Notes: a model not told the origin generated them from the sequence alone. Numbered from the stretch's first letter, positions 45,249 through 59,016 are shown. The stretch is 64,000 bases of DNA from Octopus vulgaris (GCA_951406725.2 OX597831.1:11718001-11782000), one strand, 5' to 3'. Translations and numbers: made by a program.

Positions 45249-45481
45249 CAGGGTTGGCCAAAAGTCATCCGACAGTAGATCAAAATTCCATAAATACTTT
45301 CTATAATTCTGTATTGACGCGATTGGAAAAATGTATCGCTCAAGAAGGACTTCAGTTTGAACAATTTTCATGATGTTTCATATTTAGATGCTTTTATTAA
45401 ATCCATTCAGTTGTTAAACATAAACAAATCTTGAAATTAAATGGTTTTGATTTACTGTCAGGTGATGTTTGGCCAACCCTG
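45249..45481 (+). mobile_element. Tc1/mariner-superfamily MITE (233 bp)
   Basis: TIRs CAGGGTTGGCCAAAAGTCATCCGACAGTA and (reverse complement) CAGGGTTGGCCAAACATCACCTGACAGTA, with TA on both sides. Retains a transposase C-terminal remnant SVLTRLEKCIAQEGLQFEQF*. Confidence 0.9.
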
Positions 45482-45494
45482 TAGGTTTAAGTGA

Positions 45495-45642
45495 GAGGCT
45501 TCCAGTTTCTCTTTACCAAATTCCCTCACAAGGCATTTGTCAGCCCAAGTGATATAGTACAAGAAACATGGCCAAGGTATCGCACCGTGGAAACGAACCC
45601 GAAGCCACATGGTTGCCGAGTAAGCTTCCCAACTGCACAGTC
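45495..45642 (-). mobile_element. SINE family A, diverged 5' half
   Basis: CTTCCAGTTTC...CTCACAAGGC...CGAACCCGAAGCCACATGGTTG. Confidence 0.7.
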
Positions 45643-45671
45643 ACATACCTGGGCCTATCATTGAGCATAAT

Positions 45672-46397
<726 letters not shown>

Positions 46398-47174
46398 TAT
46401 AATTCTTCATATTTCCTTCCATACTTTAATCTAATCCATGCCTTTCTCTTCCAAACTATTTACCAATTTCCATTTCTCTTTATTTACCATTTTACTAATT
46501 CCGACATCATTTTTTCACACTTCTGTTCGTCGTCTTTCTCAAAGACATTCATTTCTCTTCTTTTAAACGTTCTTCTCGAAATTGCTCCTTTACATTTTAA
46601 TTTTTCTTAATTTAAAACCTATATTTTTCCTTGTTCTGTTGTTGTTTGTGTGTGCCAATAGTCTTAGACAGTTCTTGCGCCGCCGATTATTACTCTGGAG
46701 AAATCACAACGCATCAATGAAACGAGGTATTTCTTCATTAGCAGAAAGAGGAAGCCGTAATGAAATTTTACCGCCGCTCCCGCCTCTAATCTTTACACCT
46801 TCTTCTTCTTCTTCTTCTTCTTCTTCTTCTTCTTCTTCTTCTTCTTCTTCTTCTTCTTCTTCTTCTTCTTCTTCTTCTTCTTCTTCTTCTTCTTCTTCTT
46901 CTTCTTCTTCTTCTTCTTCTTCTTTCTTCGTCTTCTTCTTTCTTCGTCTTCGTTTTTCCTCCTAACCTTCCCCTCCTCCTTCTACAACTACAACAACTAC
47001 TATTACTACTACTCCTGCTGCTGCTGCTACTACTAGTACTACTACCACCACTTCCGCAAATATCAATAATAATAATAATAATGTCTTTTCTCTTTCTCGT
47101 CTCCGCCCTGATAATATATTTTATTTACGTCTGTTTATTTTACTCGGTTATTTAATTATTAGTTTTCTGTCAGA

Positions 47175-47247
47175 CGGTGGTGGCGGAGGTGGTGTATAAA
47201 ATACAGTGGCGGTAGTGGCGGTGGTGGTGATGGTAGTGCTGGTAGAG

Positions 47248-47279
<32 letters not shown>

Positions 47280-47635
47280 GGTGGTGGTGGTGATGGTGGT
47301 GGTGGTGATGATGGTGGTGGTGGTGGTGGTGGTGGTGGTGGTGGTGGTGGCGACGGCGGCGGCGGCGGTGATGGTGTATAAAACACAGTGGTGGTAGTGC
47401 TGGTAGTGGCGGTGGGTTGTGATGGTGGTGGCGGTGGTTGAGGTGGTAGTGGTAGTGCTGGTGGTACTGGTGCTGGTAGCCACAGTGATTATGATGGTGG
47501 TGGTGGTGGTGGTGGTGGTGGTGGTGGCGGTAGTGGGGGTAGTGGTGGTAGTGGTAGTGGTGGTAGTTGTGGTGGTGGTAGTGGTGGTGATGGTGGTGGT
47601 AGAGTTGTTGTTATTGTTGTTGGTGGTGGTGGTGC
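47175..47635. repeat. Compound (GGT)n tract with small internal duplications
   Basis: Direct reading; TGGTGTATAAAA(T/C)ACAGTGG occurs twice. Confidence 0.9.
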
Positions 47636-47932
47636 ATTCCGAGGGTGGGAGGTGATTGATTTCGTTGTTAGGTTTCTGTTGATGGCGACGGAGGCGGGGT
47701 TGTGGGTGGGGGTGGGGTGAGGAGCAAGAGACAACCGTTTAAATTGTCGAAATATCTTTAGTTTAATGAATAAGTGAATGAATGTGGAGTTGGGGAGGGG
47801 GAGGGAGGGGTAGACGGGCAGAGAAAGGTGGGAAGGGGGGGAAACAAGGTAGATATAAATACATAGAGAGAGAGGGGGGAATAGAAACCTACAGGCAGGC
47901 AGGAAGACAGGCTGACAGACAGACAGATAGAC

Positions 47933-48022
<90 letters not shown>

Positions 48023-48032
48023 CTAGATAGAT

Positions 48033-48292
48033 ATGTTTCTTTATTAGCCACACAGGGCTGCATACAGACGGACAGATTACAAAGTAGAGCTTTTCGTTTT
48101 AGGGAGAAAAAAAAGTAGGGTAGGTTTTCGATCAAAAGGGATCGTAAAGGGGAAAGAAAAAAAAACGATCAATAGGGATCGTGTATCGCTTTGACCGCAT
48201 CTCGACGAAACCGTTCAGCACGCACTCCTGCAGTGCCCAACGATTTCCGATCTGTGGACTTATGTCGAACGATTGCTGTCACGTGTGGGACG
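48033..48292 (-). mobile_element. Tx1/L1-clade LINE copy with 5' inversion, inside (GATA)n
   Basis: 48033-48185 is the 3'UTR end. 48203-48292 is an ORF2 segment in opposite orientation (+ strand DETVQHALLQCPTISDLWTYVERLLSRVGR). GATA repeats lie on both sides. Confidence 0.88.
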
Positions 48293-48583
48293 AGATAGAT
48301 AGATAGGCAGGTAGACGGACGGACAGACAGACGAACGGACGGGTGGATGGATGGTTAGATGGGTGGACGGAAAGATAAACACATATGGAAGATATATGTA
48401 TATATGGACAGAGACAGACAGATAGGAATGATAGATTGTAGACACACGTAAAACTTTTATTCACCCTTTTAATTGTTTATACCATTTCCATTCTGTGTAA
48501 GTCGGACCTTTTTTATTTGTAAATATGTGTACATATTTTTACGTATCGACTAGCTTATCCTTACATTTACACACACATACATA

Positions 48584-48646
<63 letters not shown>

Positions 48647-48647
48647 T

Positions 48648-48861
48648 AAGGTGAGTCCAAACATGAAAACACAAAGAGAAAACACAACAACGCGAGAACG
48701 TGGAACAAGTATAGTGTTACTGGACGCTCAGGAAAGGAATGAAAGAAGGAGGATATAACGTTTCGAGCGGAGCTCTTCGTCACAAACATAGGAAAAGGAA
48801 AGATCCAAGGAAGGGAAGACGGAGGAAAGATAATCGCCAACGGTACATACGCGGTCACATT

Positions 48862-48865
<4 letters not shown>
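48648..48865 (-). mobile_element. (TA)n-embedded Penelope-like remnant with a decayed minimal hammerhead
   Basis: Flanked by (TA)n. The minus strand at 48755-48787 reads gTGACGA-A-GAGC(TCC)GCTC-GAAA-CGTT. The terminus is shared with 24536-24618. Confidence 0.6.
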
Positions 48866-48943
<78 letters not shown>

Positions 48944-49197
48944 TATGGTATATATATGTATATACATATATCATATTACGCTAAATGAGAGTGTATGTAT
49001 ATATGTATAAGTAGTTATTTTTAATGCATAGGCACACAGATACACACACACACGTATTTATATATAGGTGTGAATACGTACGTATGCATATGTGTGTAAA
49101 ATTATCTAGTATATATAATTATATATGCACACACATATAATGTATACACTTACATGTTTGTATTAATATACATATGCCTACAGACATGTATATATAT

Positions 49198-49319
<122 letters not shown>

Positions 49320-49469
49320 GTATATATATATGAGGTATAGACGTATATTTTATCTTTTTTTCTCTCTCACTCTATCTCTTTCTCACACAGACGCACACAC
49401 ACACTTACTCAATATTGATTGTTAATATCTTCTTTTTCACACTACATTTAAATGTATAAAATGCATATA

Positions 49470-49506
<37 letters not shown>

Positions 49507-49861
49507 GGGGGGGAGGGAGGGAGAGAGAGAGACAAAGACGAAGATATGTAGGGTGTGAAAAGTGAAGAAGAAAACAGTGATAGGAATTCCTATAAGCGAT
49601 ATTATTTTTGTAATTATATTAAAATGTTGCGAGTCGGGGCAATTAAAAATATTGTCAACCAATTTGTTTTCAATTGAAATGAAGAACTGCATTTTATAGA
49701 AGAAGAATGGTTTGTCGATAAGTTTGCCTAAGAGAAAAGAGGAGAAATTCGCCAGAGGGGGCGTCCTATCCAGCATCAGACAATAATCACATCTATTTTG
49801 GCTCAAAGTCGTGAAATCATCGTTTTTATCATTTGTATGTTGGTGTTGTTGTGTCTTTGTA

Positions 49862-49920
<59 letters not shown>

Positions 49921-49939
49921 ATATGTATATATATATTAT

Positions 49940-50115
49940 TGTTAAATGCTCGAAATACGTGAGTAGAAAAACATCCAACAACCGATGAAGGGTCGTTCTT
50001 TATATTTGTTTTGTTTTCTGTTTGTGTCTTTCGTTGTTCGAAAGAACAGTTTTGTTCCATGTACTCGTCCTTCGTACTTTTTGTTGTACACGTTTCGTGA
50101 CGTCCTGTTCCTTCA
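49940..50115 (+). repeat. (TA)n-embedded interspersed element, same family as 32373-32512
   Basis: Shared blocks GAAGGG, TTCGTTGTTCGAAA and ACGTTTCG...GACGTCCTGT, with TA flanks. Confidence 0.65.
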
Positions 50116-50737
50116 TATGCATATATATATATGTGTGTGTGTTATTTATATTATTATATGATTGAACGCCAAGCATCCTCTTTCCTCTCCGCCACCTCCT
50201 TCCAAACTTTACCACTATTGCTGTTTAGAATAACACCTACGTAAATCTTATAAACAATATATTCAAAAGAGATGTCTCAAGTATTCAATCACTACTATCA
50301 TCCACAACAAGTCACTTTCAGGGCAATTGACTATTTAACTTATTATTATTATTATTATTATTATTATCCTTCTCCTCCCCCTCCTTCTTCTTCTTCTTCT
50401 TCTTCTTCTTCTTCATCTTCTTCTTCTTCTTCTTCTACTTCTTCTTCTTCTCCCCCTCCTCCTTCTTCCTTCTTCTTCTTCTTCTTCTTCTTCTTCTTCT
50501 TCTTCTTCAGACAGAAACAAGGAAAATGCCCCTTGTATTTGAATACTGTGCAAATTTTCTTCTAAAAAACTTTTCATTTAATTTTTCCAAAATTGAATTG
50601 CTTTCCATACTTACAGTTGAAAAAGTCTCAATGACCGAAACCGGTACTCAAATTTTTTGTATCAAATTATTTTAGCATTTTCTATCTTGACTTTTTTTCA
50701 TATATATATATATCAACTTGTGTATTCCTTTTCAACG

Positions 50738-50769
<32 letters not shown>

Positions 50770-50773
<4 letters not shown>

Positions 50774-50851
50774 TTACGAACTACATGGTTCCGGGTTCAG
50801 TCCCACTTGGACAAGTGTCTTCTACTATAGCCTCGTATATATGTATATATA

Positions 50852-50882
<31 letters not shown>

Positions 50883-51035
50883 GTGTATGTGTGTATGTGT
50901 GTATATGTTGGTGTGTCTGTGTTTCTCCCCCCGCCAACATCGCTTGACAACCAATGCTGGTGTGTTTACGTCCCCGTAACTTAGTGGTTCAGCAAAAGAG
51001 ACCGATAGAGTAAGTACTAGGCTTACAAAGAATTA
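50770..51035 (+). mobile_element. SINE family A, partial
   Basis: CATGGTTCCGGGTTCAGTCCCAC...AAGTGTCTTCTACTATAGCCTCG...GTTTACGTCCCCGTAACTTAG...AAGTACTAGGCTTACAAAGAAT. Confidence 0.85.
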
Positions 51036-51152
51036 GGGATCTTCTGTGTTTGTCTCCCTTCCGGTTTTACGCTCAGTATACGTTACGTCGTGTGTTTATC
51101 TACCATATATTTTGTCATTTATCAAGTAATGGAACGCAATATACAACGAATT

Positions 51153-51183
<31 letters not shown>

Positions 51184-51230
51184 GTGTATGTATATATGCA
51201 TATATATATATGTGTATATATATATATAGG

Positions 51231-51313
<83 letters not shown>

Positions 51314-51797
51314 ATAGATATAGAGTTTTGTCTTAATAATTCATGAGATGCGGGAGTAGTCTTCAACCCCGGTATTATGACAACCAACTAATTGTTACAT
51401 ATTTTATTTATAGATAAATTCCTCTATTTTACATAAAATTGAGATTTCATTCATTCTTTTGTTGTCATTTTATTATCATTATTATTATTAATATATATAT
51501 ATATATATATATTTCAACAATTGAGGGTAAAATTAATTAATTATTAATCAATTTCACCAAGTATTCAGTATGTAAAGGGACCATTTAAGGCGAATTCAAA
51601 ATATTACATTATATAAAAGGGCTTAGTAAAATAAATTACTTTGCCACATACTGAACTCATTAGAAATAGCAGCTAAAAAATTTTTTTAAACTATTTCTAA
51701 TACTTAAAGAAAATCTCTCTCAGATAGTGTTTGCTCAAGTCAACTCACGAAGGTATGGGGGTAAAAACATTAAAAAATCACAAATGCAAAGGTTATT

Positions 51798-51849
51798 TGA
51801 GAACGTACGTTTCTAGATTAGTCAAATCGACATTTCTTTCGTCAGCTCA
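51798..51849 (-). ncRNA. Putative minimal type I hammerhead ribozyme
   Basis: Reverse complement of 52427-52478, identical in sequence. Confidence 0.65.
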
Positions 51850-52426
51850 GAACTCCTTGATTCGGATTTGGGAACACTGAAAGTGGGAGCATACCCTTTT
51901 GGCTTCTTATCACTTCCGGAAATCTGCTCGAACTAACAGTGCTAACAAATTCAAAATATGCAAGCGAAGAATTTCTGCTCTCCCCTTTCCACCAGCGTGG
52001 GTTAAAATTGGCAAACACTATGTTTTATCGGTGAAAACCGAAGCATTAAACAGAGAGAAATGAATTATAATTTCAACAATTGAGGGTAAAATTAATTAAT
52101 TATTAATCAATTTCACCAAGTATTCAGTATGTAAAGGGACCATTTAAGGCGAATTCAAAATATTACATTATATAAAAGGGCTTAGTAAAATAAATTACTT
52201 TGCCACATACTGAACTCATTAGAAATAGCAGCTAAAAAAATTTTTTAAAACTATTTCTAATACTTAAATTTTAACCCACGCTGGTGGAAAGGGGAGAGCA
52301 GAAATTCTTCGCTTGCATATTTTGAATTTGTTAGCACTGTTAGTTCGAGCAGATTTCCGGAAGTGATAAGAAGCCAAAAGGGTATGCTCCCACTTTCAGT
52401 GTTCCCAAATCCGAATCAAGGAGTTC

Positions 52427-52478
52427 TGAGCTGACGAAAGAAATGTCGATTTGACTAATCTAGAAACGTACGTTCTCA
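52427..52478 (+). ncRNA. Putative minimal type I hammerhead ribozyme
   Basis: UGAG-CUGACGA-a-AGA.aau.GUC(gauuu)GAC.uaa.UCU-a-GAAA-CGUACG-UU-CUCA. Stem I is UGAG/CUCA, the CUGANGA and GAAA cores are intact, stem III is palindromic and the cleavage triplet is GUU. The 10.1-11.1 position is a non-canonical A.A. Confidence 0.65.
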
Positions 52479-52661
52479 AATAACCTTTGCATTTGTGATT
52501 TTTTAATGTTTTTACCCCCATACCTTCGTGAGTTGACTTGAGCAAACACTATCTGAGAGAGATTTTCTTTAAGTATTAGAAATAGTTTTAAAAAATTTTT
52601 TTAGCTGCTATTTCTAATGAGTTCAGTATGTGGCAAAGTAATTTATTTTACTAAGCCCTTT

Positions 52662-52725
<64 letters not shown>

Positions 52726-53596
52726 GCACGCACACACACGACAGTTGAAGTATAGGAACCAGAGAGGAAAGCAATTGAAGACTAGACTGAATTATTACTC
52801 CACGTAAATTCATTTGAGCTGTGGACTGTTTATGAAATATTTTACAAGATGTCTGATGTTGATTTCTGAGTTTCAACCAGTTAGCGTTCGTCAGACTAAA
52901 TCCTCGCGCGCGCACAAAGCCATGCACACATATGAGTATCTACACACATATATACGTATACGCACCATACATACTTAAATACACACATACATACATACTT
53001 AAATACATACATACATACATACATACATACATACATACATACATACATACATGCATACATACATACATACGTGCGTACATTCTCGTTCCACTTTTTGCAT
53101 CACCCATCTTGGCGTTTTTCCTTTATGTTTTTTTGTATTTGTCTGTTTTTTCTTATTTTCTCAATGTCCAGCGTCCTAGTTTTTGAAATATGTATAACGC
53201 ATAAACAGAGCTTGAAATACTGCTTAGAGAGATTTGGCACATTTTGTAAATAGGTAACCCTGTTACGGTCTAGGTCTCCAATCCGAGGGAATGTCGGCCC
53301 GCTTGCCTAGCCAGCACGGTGGCATAATTCGAAAGCTAAAGCGCATAGTGACCATCGATATTGATATGTCCCTAAGAAGCAAACTTTCTTTCGAAGCTCT
53401 ACAGGACATTCTTTTTCAATCTCCTTCAACCGTTTGTTTATATTTTTGCTTATAATCCCCAATGCAACTGATATGCCCCATGATGACGGCGTATTTCGTC
53501 CCCTCTACGGGACCGGTCCGAACGGCGTTACCTTCAGCGACAGACCCTACAGACTGGGTCAGTCCACTATTGATTAGTAGTGGACCAGCCCGATTG

Positions 53597-53610
53597 TCGC
53601 CAGGGGGCGT
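53597..53610 (+). promoter_or_regulatory. CTCF-like motif in a CpG-rich structured island
   Basis: TCGCCAGGGGGCGT versus the CTCF core CCGCCAGGGGGCGC. Confidence 0.35.
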
Positions 53611-53659
53611 CCGCCACAACAGATATATAACGACAGCCGATAATCTTGTCGATCACGCG

Positions 53660-53751
<92 letters not shown>

Positions 53752-54103
53752 GTACGACAGGTTTCCGCACATTTTCTACTTTTTCATCACTCAATTTCTC
53801 TGTTGAGGAATTGGTCGGCGGCCCGAAACTATGAGAAGACATATGCATGAAGTTCCATGTATCAAAACAGAAGCTGAAATCACGTGATTGTTTATGTAGC
53901 GTAAGTGTACGTATATATATATATTCACATGTATATATATATCATATGTATATATGTATATACATATATATATAGAGAGAGAGACAGAGAGAGAAAAGGA
54001 GAAAGAAACGCACATACACACATACACTCACACACATATTTATATGTATGTATGTATATATATACATATATATATATGTATATGTATATGTATATGTATA
54101 TAT

Positions 54104-54138
<35 letters not shown>

Positions 54139-54369
54139 CTTATAATACACATACATATAGACGCATACACACACGCACACGCGCACGTTAAAACACACAC
54201 AAACAAACAAGCACAAATATATATATATATGTATATATATATATATGAGAGAGGTACTAAGAGAGAAGGAAGGCATGCAACAATTTAACTCAATCGTGAC
54301 AAGATTCTTCAGAGGAAAATGGAGAAATAGGGAGAGAGAGAGAGAGGGAGGGGGAGAGAGACAGAGAAT

Positions 54370-54417
<48 letters not shown>

Positions 54418-55132
54418 AAGATAGATGAACGAACGAATGGTGAAGACGAGCGAAGCAGGGCGCAGAGTGTGAGAATTATATATCACTGAATTGGGAAAAG
54501 TATCCTTGACAAATCTATCACACGTCGCATGTTGTATTATATTTATTACGTTCAACATAGTAATAATGAACGGAGAAATTTAGATGCGAAATAACTGCCA
54601 AATACGATTGCTTTGAACGCCATTAACATCCAATAAATAGCTGATTATTTCACATTAGTCCAGTCTCACTTCGCGCCAGATTTTCCTTTTCCGCCATATT
54701 CTTTCTTTCTTAACGTTTCGTTTTCTTTTACCGTCTCTCTAATATTTCCTCATTCTCTCCCTCTAAATCGCTCTCCAATCATTTTCTTGCACTTCTTGTT
54801 TTACCTTTGCCTTGTTTATTTATTTATTTTTTTTTTTGTATTTTATTTCTGTTGTTTTTGTATCTTCCGTTTTGGTAATATAGGATTTTGTTGATATCTT
54901 AGTTTGAAAATTACCATAATCTTTTTTGTTGTTGTTGTTGTTGTTGTTTTATGTTTTTGGTATTGTATTCTTCATTATGTTTATCTTTTATTTCTTTCAT
55001 TTGCTTTCCTTTTTAGTTTATTCTTACAAATGAAGTCACACCATGAAAATGAAGAGAGAAAGAAGAAAGAGAAAAATGAAGTGAGATACTGATCATATAC
55101 ACTCTTACATGTGTGTATATGGGTGTATATAT

Positions 55133-55181
<49 letters not shown>

Positions 55182-55233
55182 TATACGCATGTATAGATAT
55201 GTCTGTTCCAATCTTTATGTAAGCATATAAACT

Positions 55234-55305
<72 letters not shown>

Positions 55306-55348
55306 CATATAGATAGATACATACATACATAGATAGGTAGATAGATAA

Positions 55349-55497
55349 GTTTCTTTATTAGCTACACAGGGCCGAATACAGAGGGGACAAAATACAATGT
55401 AGAGCTTTTCTTTTTGAAAATAGACAAAAAAGGAGGAGAAAATAAATTTCCAATCAAAAGGGATCGTGGTAAAGAAAAAGGGATAAAAAAGGATCGT
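55349..55497 (-). mobile_element. Tx1/L1-clade LINE, short 3'-end copy (related subfamily), inside (GATA)n
   Basis: GTTTCTTTATTAGCTACACAGGGCCG...GTAGAGCTTTTCTTTT...ATCAAAAGGGATCGT, with GATA tracts on both sides. Confidence 0.85.
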
Positions 55498-55618
<121 letters not shown>

Positions 55619-55619
55619 A

Positions 55620-55822
55620 GGGGCGAGCTAGCAGAATCGTTACCAAGCTGATCGAAATGCTCAGCGGCATATCGTCCCTCTTTACGCTCTGAGTTCAAAT
55701 TCCTCCGACATCGACTTTACCTTTCGAGGTCGATAAACTAAGTACCAGTTGAGCATTGTGGTCGTAGTAATCGACTCAACCCCACCCACGAACTTACTGG
55801 TCTTGTACCGAAATTTGAAATC
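55620..55822 (+). mobile_element. SINE family B, diverged
   Basis: GGCGAGCTAGCAGAATCGTTA...GAGTTCAAATTCC...GGTCGATAAACTAAGTACCAGTTG. Confidence 0.82.
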
Positions 55823-56509
55823 ATTATATATTTATATACATATACGTGCCTATAAATAAATATATATATATATATTTATGAAGAAGGTGAATATCCGAAA
55901 CGTAATACGTTTACTCTATAACTTCTTAACTATCTTCGCCTTTGAGAATCATGTTACTAGTATTAAATGTAAACGTCCATAAACTTTTTAGTTTCATTTG
56001 TATGTGAATTTTTTTAGTGTGTGTGTGTGTATAAATGAACGTCACTTTTACAATCATTAACTTTCGTCTATGCCTAATGGTGTTTGGTAGAAAGTAAAAT
56101 TTCTGGAAAACACGGTCTTAGGTTGTGATTTCAATCTCAGTTTCATACTCTTTTACACACCCAGGGAGAAGGGTGGTGCTTTGCAACATCTCCTAGTCAG
56201 CGAATGTACAGAATATTTAGAATAACGGTCAAAATACTTTGAGGTATGTATTCCGGTTCAATGAGCCGCGAGTTCAAATGTCACAGAGGTAACCTTTTAC
56301 CAATTACCATTTCAGGACTAGATAAATGTAACTATCATTCTAGAAGAGCAAATTGGTAGAATTGGTCCTGTTTTTTCTATTTTATTTTATCTTCTTTGAT
56401 TCTGAAACTATATGTAGTTATTCCAGCATGGCCGCACTCCAATGTCTAAAAGCAGTAAAAGAATAAAATATATGTCGTACACATTAGCATCAATATTCGG
56501 CCTTCATTA

Positions 56510-56726
56510 GGGCGGCGAGCTGGCAGAAACGTTAGCACGCCGGGCGAAATGCTTAGCGGTATTTCGTCTACCATTACGTTCTGAGTTCAAATTCCGCCCA
56601 GGTCGTCTTTGCCTTTCATCGTTTCGGGGTCGATAAATTAAGTATCAGTTGCGTCCTGGGATCGATCTAATCGACTGGACCCCTCCCCCAAAATTTCGGA
56701 CCTTGTGCCTAGAGTAGAAAAGAATA
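56510..56726 (+). mobile_element. SINE family B, young, tail type 2
   Basis: Full head and core; tail AAAATTTCGGACCTTGTGCCTAGAGTAGAAAAGAAT. Confidence 0.92.
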
Positions 56727-56899
56727 TTCTTCAGGTCAACGTTTACTCACTCGCGACCACTTCAAGGCTTTGTCACTAACTCAGTTTTTAACCAAATTAG
56801 ATGATGTTCCCATTTTCAGATTAGTCGCATCCTATGCTACATTTTCAGCCTTGTTCTCTACTTTTCCAGGTGTAATAACTTAAGAACATTAACATGCCT

Positions 56900-57230
56900 G
56901 CGCCCGCATTTTGCTTCGACTGATTTCTCACAGAAGTAAAATTAACATTATTTATGTTGAACAGTAGCATTGTGATTTGTTGGTGTTCGTGCATTTCTGA
57001 AAAGACATTCGTCTTGAAAACAACCTGGAGAACAATATGACCGTCGTGACGGGGTCAAATAGGCCTCGTGCCTATGCGAAATGTAATTATATGAAAGCAA
57101 AAAGCCGTTATCGGAAACGCAGGTGCATACAGCTGAGGAAAAAATAATTGTTTCCAGTAGGAACGAAATTTTTCTCATTTCGGTGTTAATTAATTTAATG
57201 AGGTTAATGACGTCATAATTTCCCAGTTAC
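56900..57230. promoter_or_regulatory. Unique island, candidate enhancer
   Basis: E-boxes CAGGTG and CAGCTG, TTAATTAATTTAATGA, and a perfect CRE TGACGTCA near 57208. Motif inference only. Confidence 0.25.
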
Positions 57231-57457
57231 TTTCCCTCTCATGCAGATCATGTGATCATGTGTATCATGTGATTCTAGTTTAAAAGATAATCTTTGTGTT
57301 GGAAGCAGCGAAATGGCGGAATCGTTAGAACATCATTTTGAGTACTTTTTGTCGCATTCGTTCCAGAGCGCTTTGTGATATGAGTTCAAATCTTGACCAG
57401 GCCAGCCTTTTGTTTTCATCTTTCAGGGACAATACCTGTCAAGTACTGTGTTCATTT

Positions 57458-57509
<52 letters not shown>

Positions 57510-58773
57510 GCATGAGTAACATTTCTCGAGAAGCAGACTACACAAGACATGGTTCAGCATTAGGCAGGTCAAAGGACACGGTTCACCTTCATGTGTGTGT
57601 GTGTGTCTGTGTGTGTGTGTGTGTGTAGTAATTCAACCTAGCCATAACAGTTAGAACTTAATAATAAACAAACTATGTAAGCTCCGAAATAAAGATATAT
57701 TTCATACACGCACTCAACTCAAGGTGCACATTTCCTAATAGCAGAAACAACTGTAAGCCAATGAAAGTGAATACGTAACTCTTGTTCTTTGGTCATAAAA
57801 AGGATTCCAATGGCAGAGAGAGGAAACGAGAAAACAAAGGGTGAAAAATAAACGGGAAAATAAAAATAAAAGAATCGCAAGAAATATATATGCTTAGAGA
57901 GAGAGAGAGAGAGAGATGGAGAGTGAGAGAGAGGAAGAGAGGGATGGGGAGAGCAAGAGAGTTGCTATGAGATTCCGAATAGTTTCCGTCTATAAAACTT
58001 CACTCAGAGAATATTGATAACTCTAGATTCTTTAAAAGATATCCTGACTGATTCTTCGTGATTCATCCTTGAGGCGGTTCAGGGATATCGAACCCAGCAC
58101 ATTCAGCTATGAAGCAAGCTTCTTAACCACATAGCTATAGCAGCGCCATCAGTACCCACAGCTCCCCCACTTCCGCCCCCCCACACTCACAGAATATCCT
58201 CAAAATCTCTTCCTTACCAAACCATTATTATTTCATTTAAAATATCGTTTTTCTTTATAATTTTTTTTAGTGTTTTACTCTATTCTATTTATTTATTTAA
58301 TTCCGTTTGTCTTTTTTTTATTTTTTTTATGAACTAAATAGTAATATTTATTGCTGTTTTATTTCTCGTCCATTGGAATTCTGGGAAGGAAGGCTATGGA
58401 AGAGTGGCATGCCATAAAAACGTCATTTGAAATAATCGTTTATCAGATGACACCACGAAATAGTAATGGCGTTGCATTCTGAGGAATTCAGTGCCGGCGT
58501 TGTAGTTGTTGTTATTGTCGTTATTGTCTTTGTTGTTGTTGTTGTTGTTGATGTTGACGTTGCTTAGCCCCAGGCCAGACCTGATTGAGCAAACCTATTA
58601 GCAAACATATTACATTCCGAGCGCGACCACCTCATATAATTCAGATGATAATATACCGACGATAACATTATTCAATATGTCATTCCACCTTTCAAAATGG
58701 CAGTGTGAGAGATGTGAGGGGGATTTGGCTGTTATTTATAGCAGATCGAGCAGTCACAAGAAATATCGCGTGT

Positions 58774-58809
<36 letters not shown>

Positions 58810-58811
<2 letters not shown>

Positions 58812-59016
58812 GTTTGTTTGTTTGTTTGGTGAGCGAAGTCCGAAACGTGGTCCTTTGCTATTCGTAAGACCCGCAGAAGAGAAAGCAGGTCAACCCCCGA
58901 CACCGAGAGCATCGACGGATGGATGAATGCGCAGGATCCAGGTCTGGTCTGGGAATCGAAACCGCGATCCTCCGAACGCGAGTCCGCTGCCCTAACCATT
59001 GGGCCATTGTGCCTCC
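58810..59016 (-). mobile_element. SINE family C head fused to a third, unrelated body with (AAAC)n tail, inserted in (CTG)n
   Basis: The head GGAGGCACAATGGCCCAATGGTTAGGGCAGCGGACTCGCG...GGTTTCGATTCCCAGACC is nearly identical to 27011-27082, but the downstream sequence differs. CTG repeats lie on both sides. Confidence 0.83.

Larger units (their letters stand above)
51511..52669. mobile_element. ORF-less Penelope-like or retrozyme-like element: partial tandem (559-bp unit) plus ~400-bp inverted copy, in (TA)n
   Basis: A(51511-51708) B(51709-52009) C(52010-52069) A(52070-52268), then the reverse complement of 51608-52009 at 52267-52669. Copies are nearly identical, (TA)n lies on both sides, and B contains a hammerhead motif. 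Confidence 0.75.

Noticed and set aside
56850-56925. Possible splice acceptor (polypyrimidine-CAG) followed by ATG
   Set aside because: The ORF is only 9 codons and no partner exons are identifiable.
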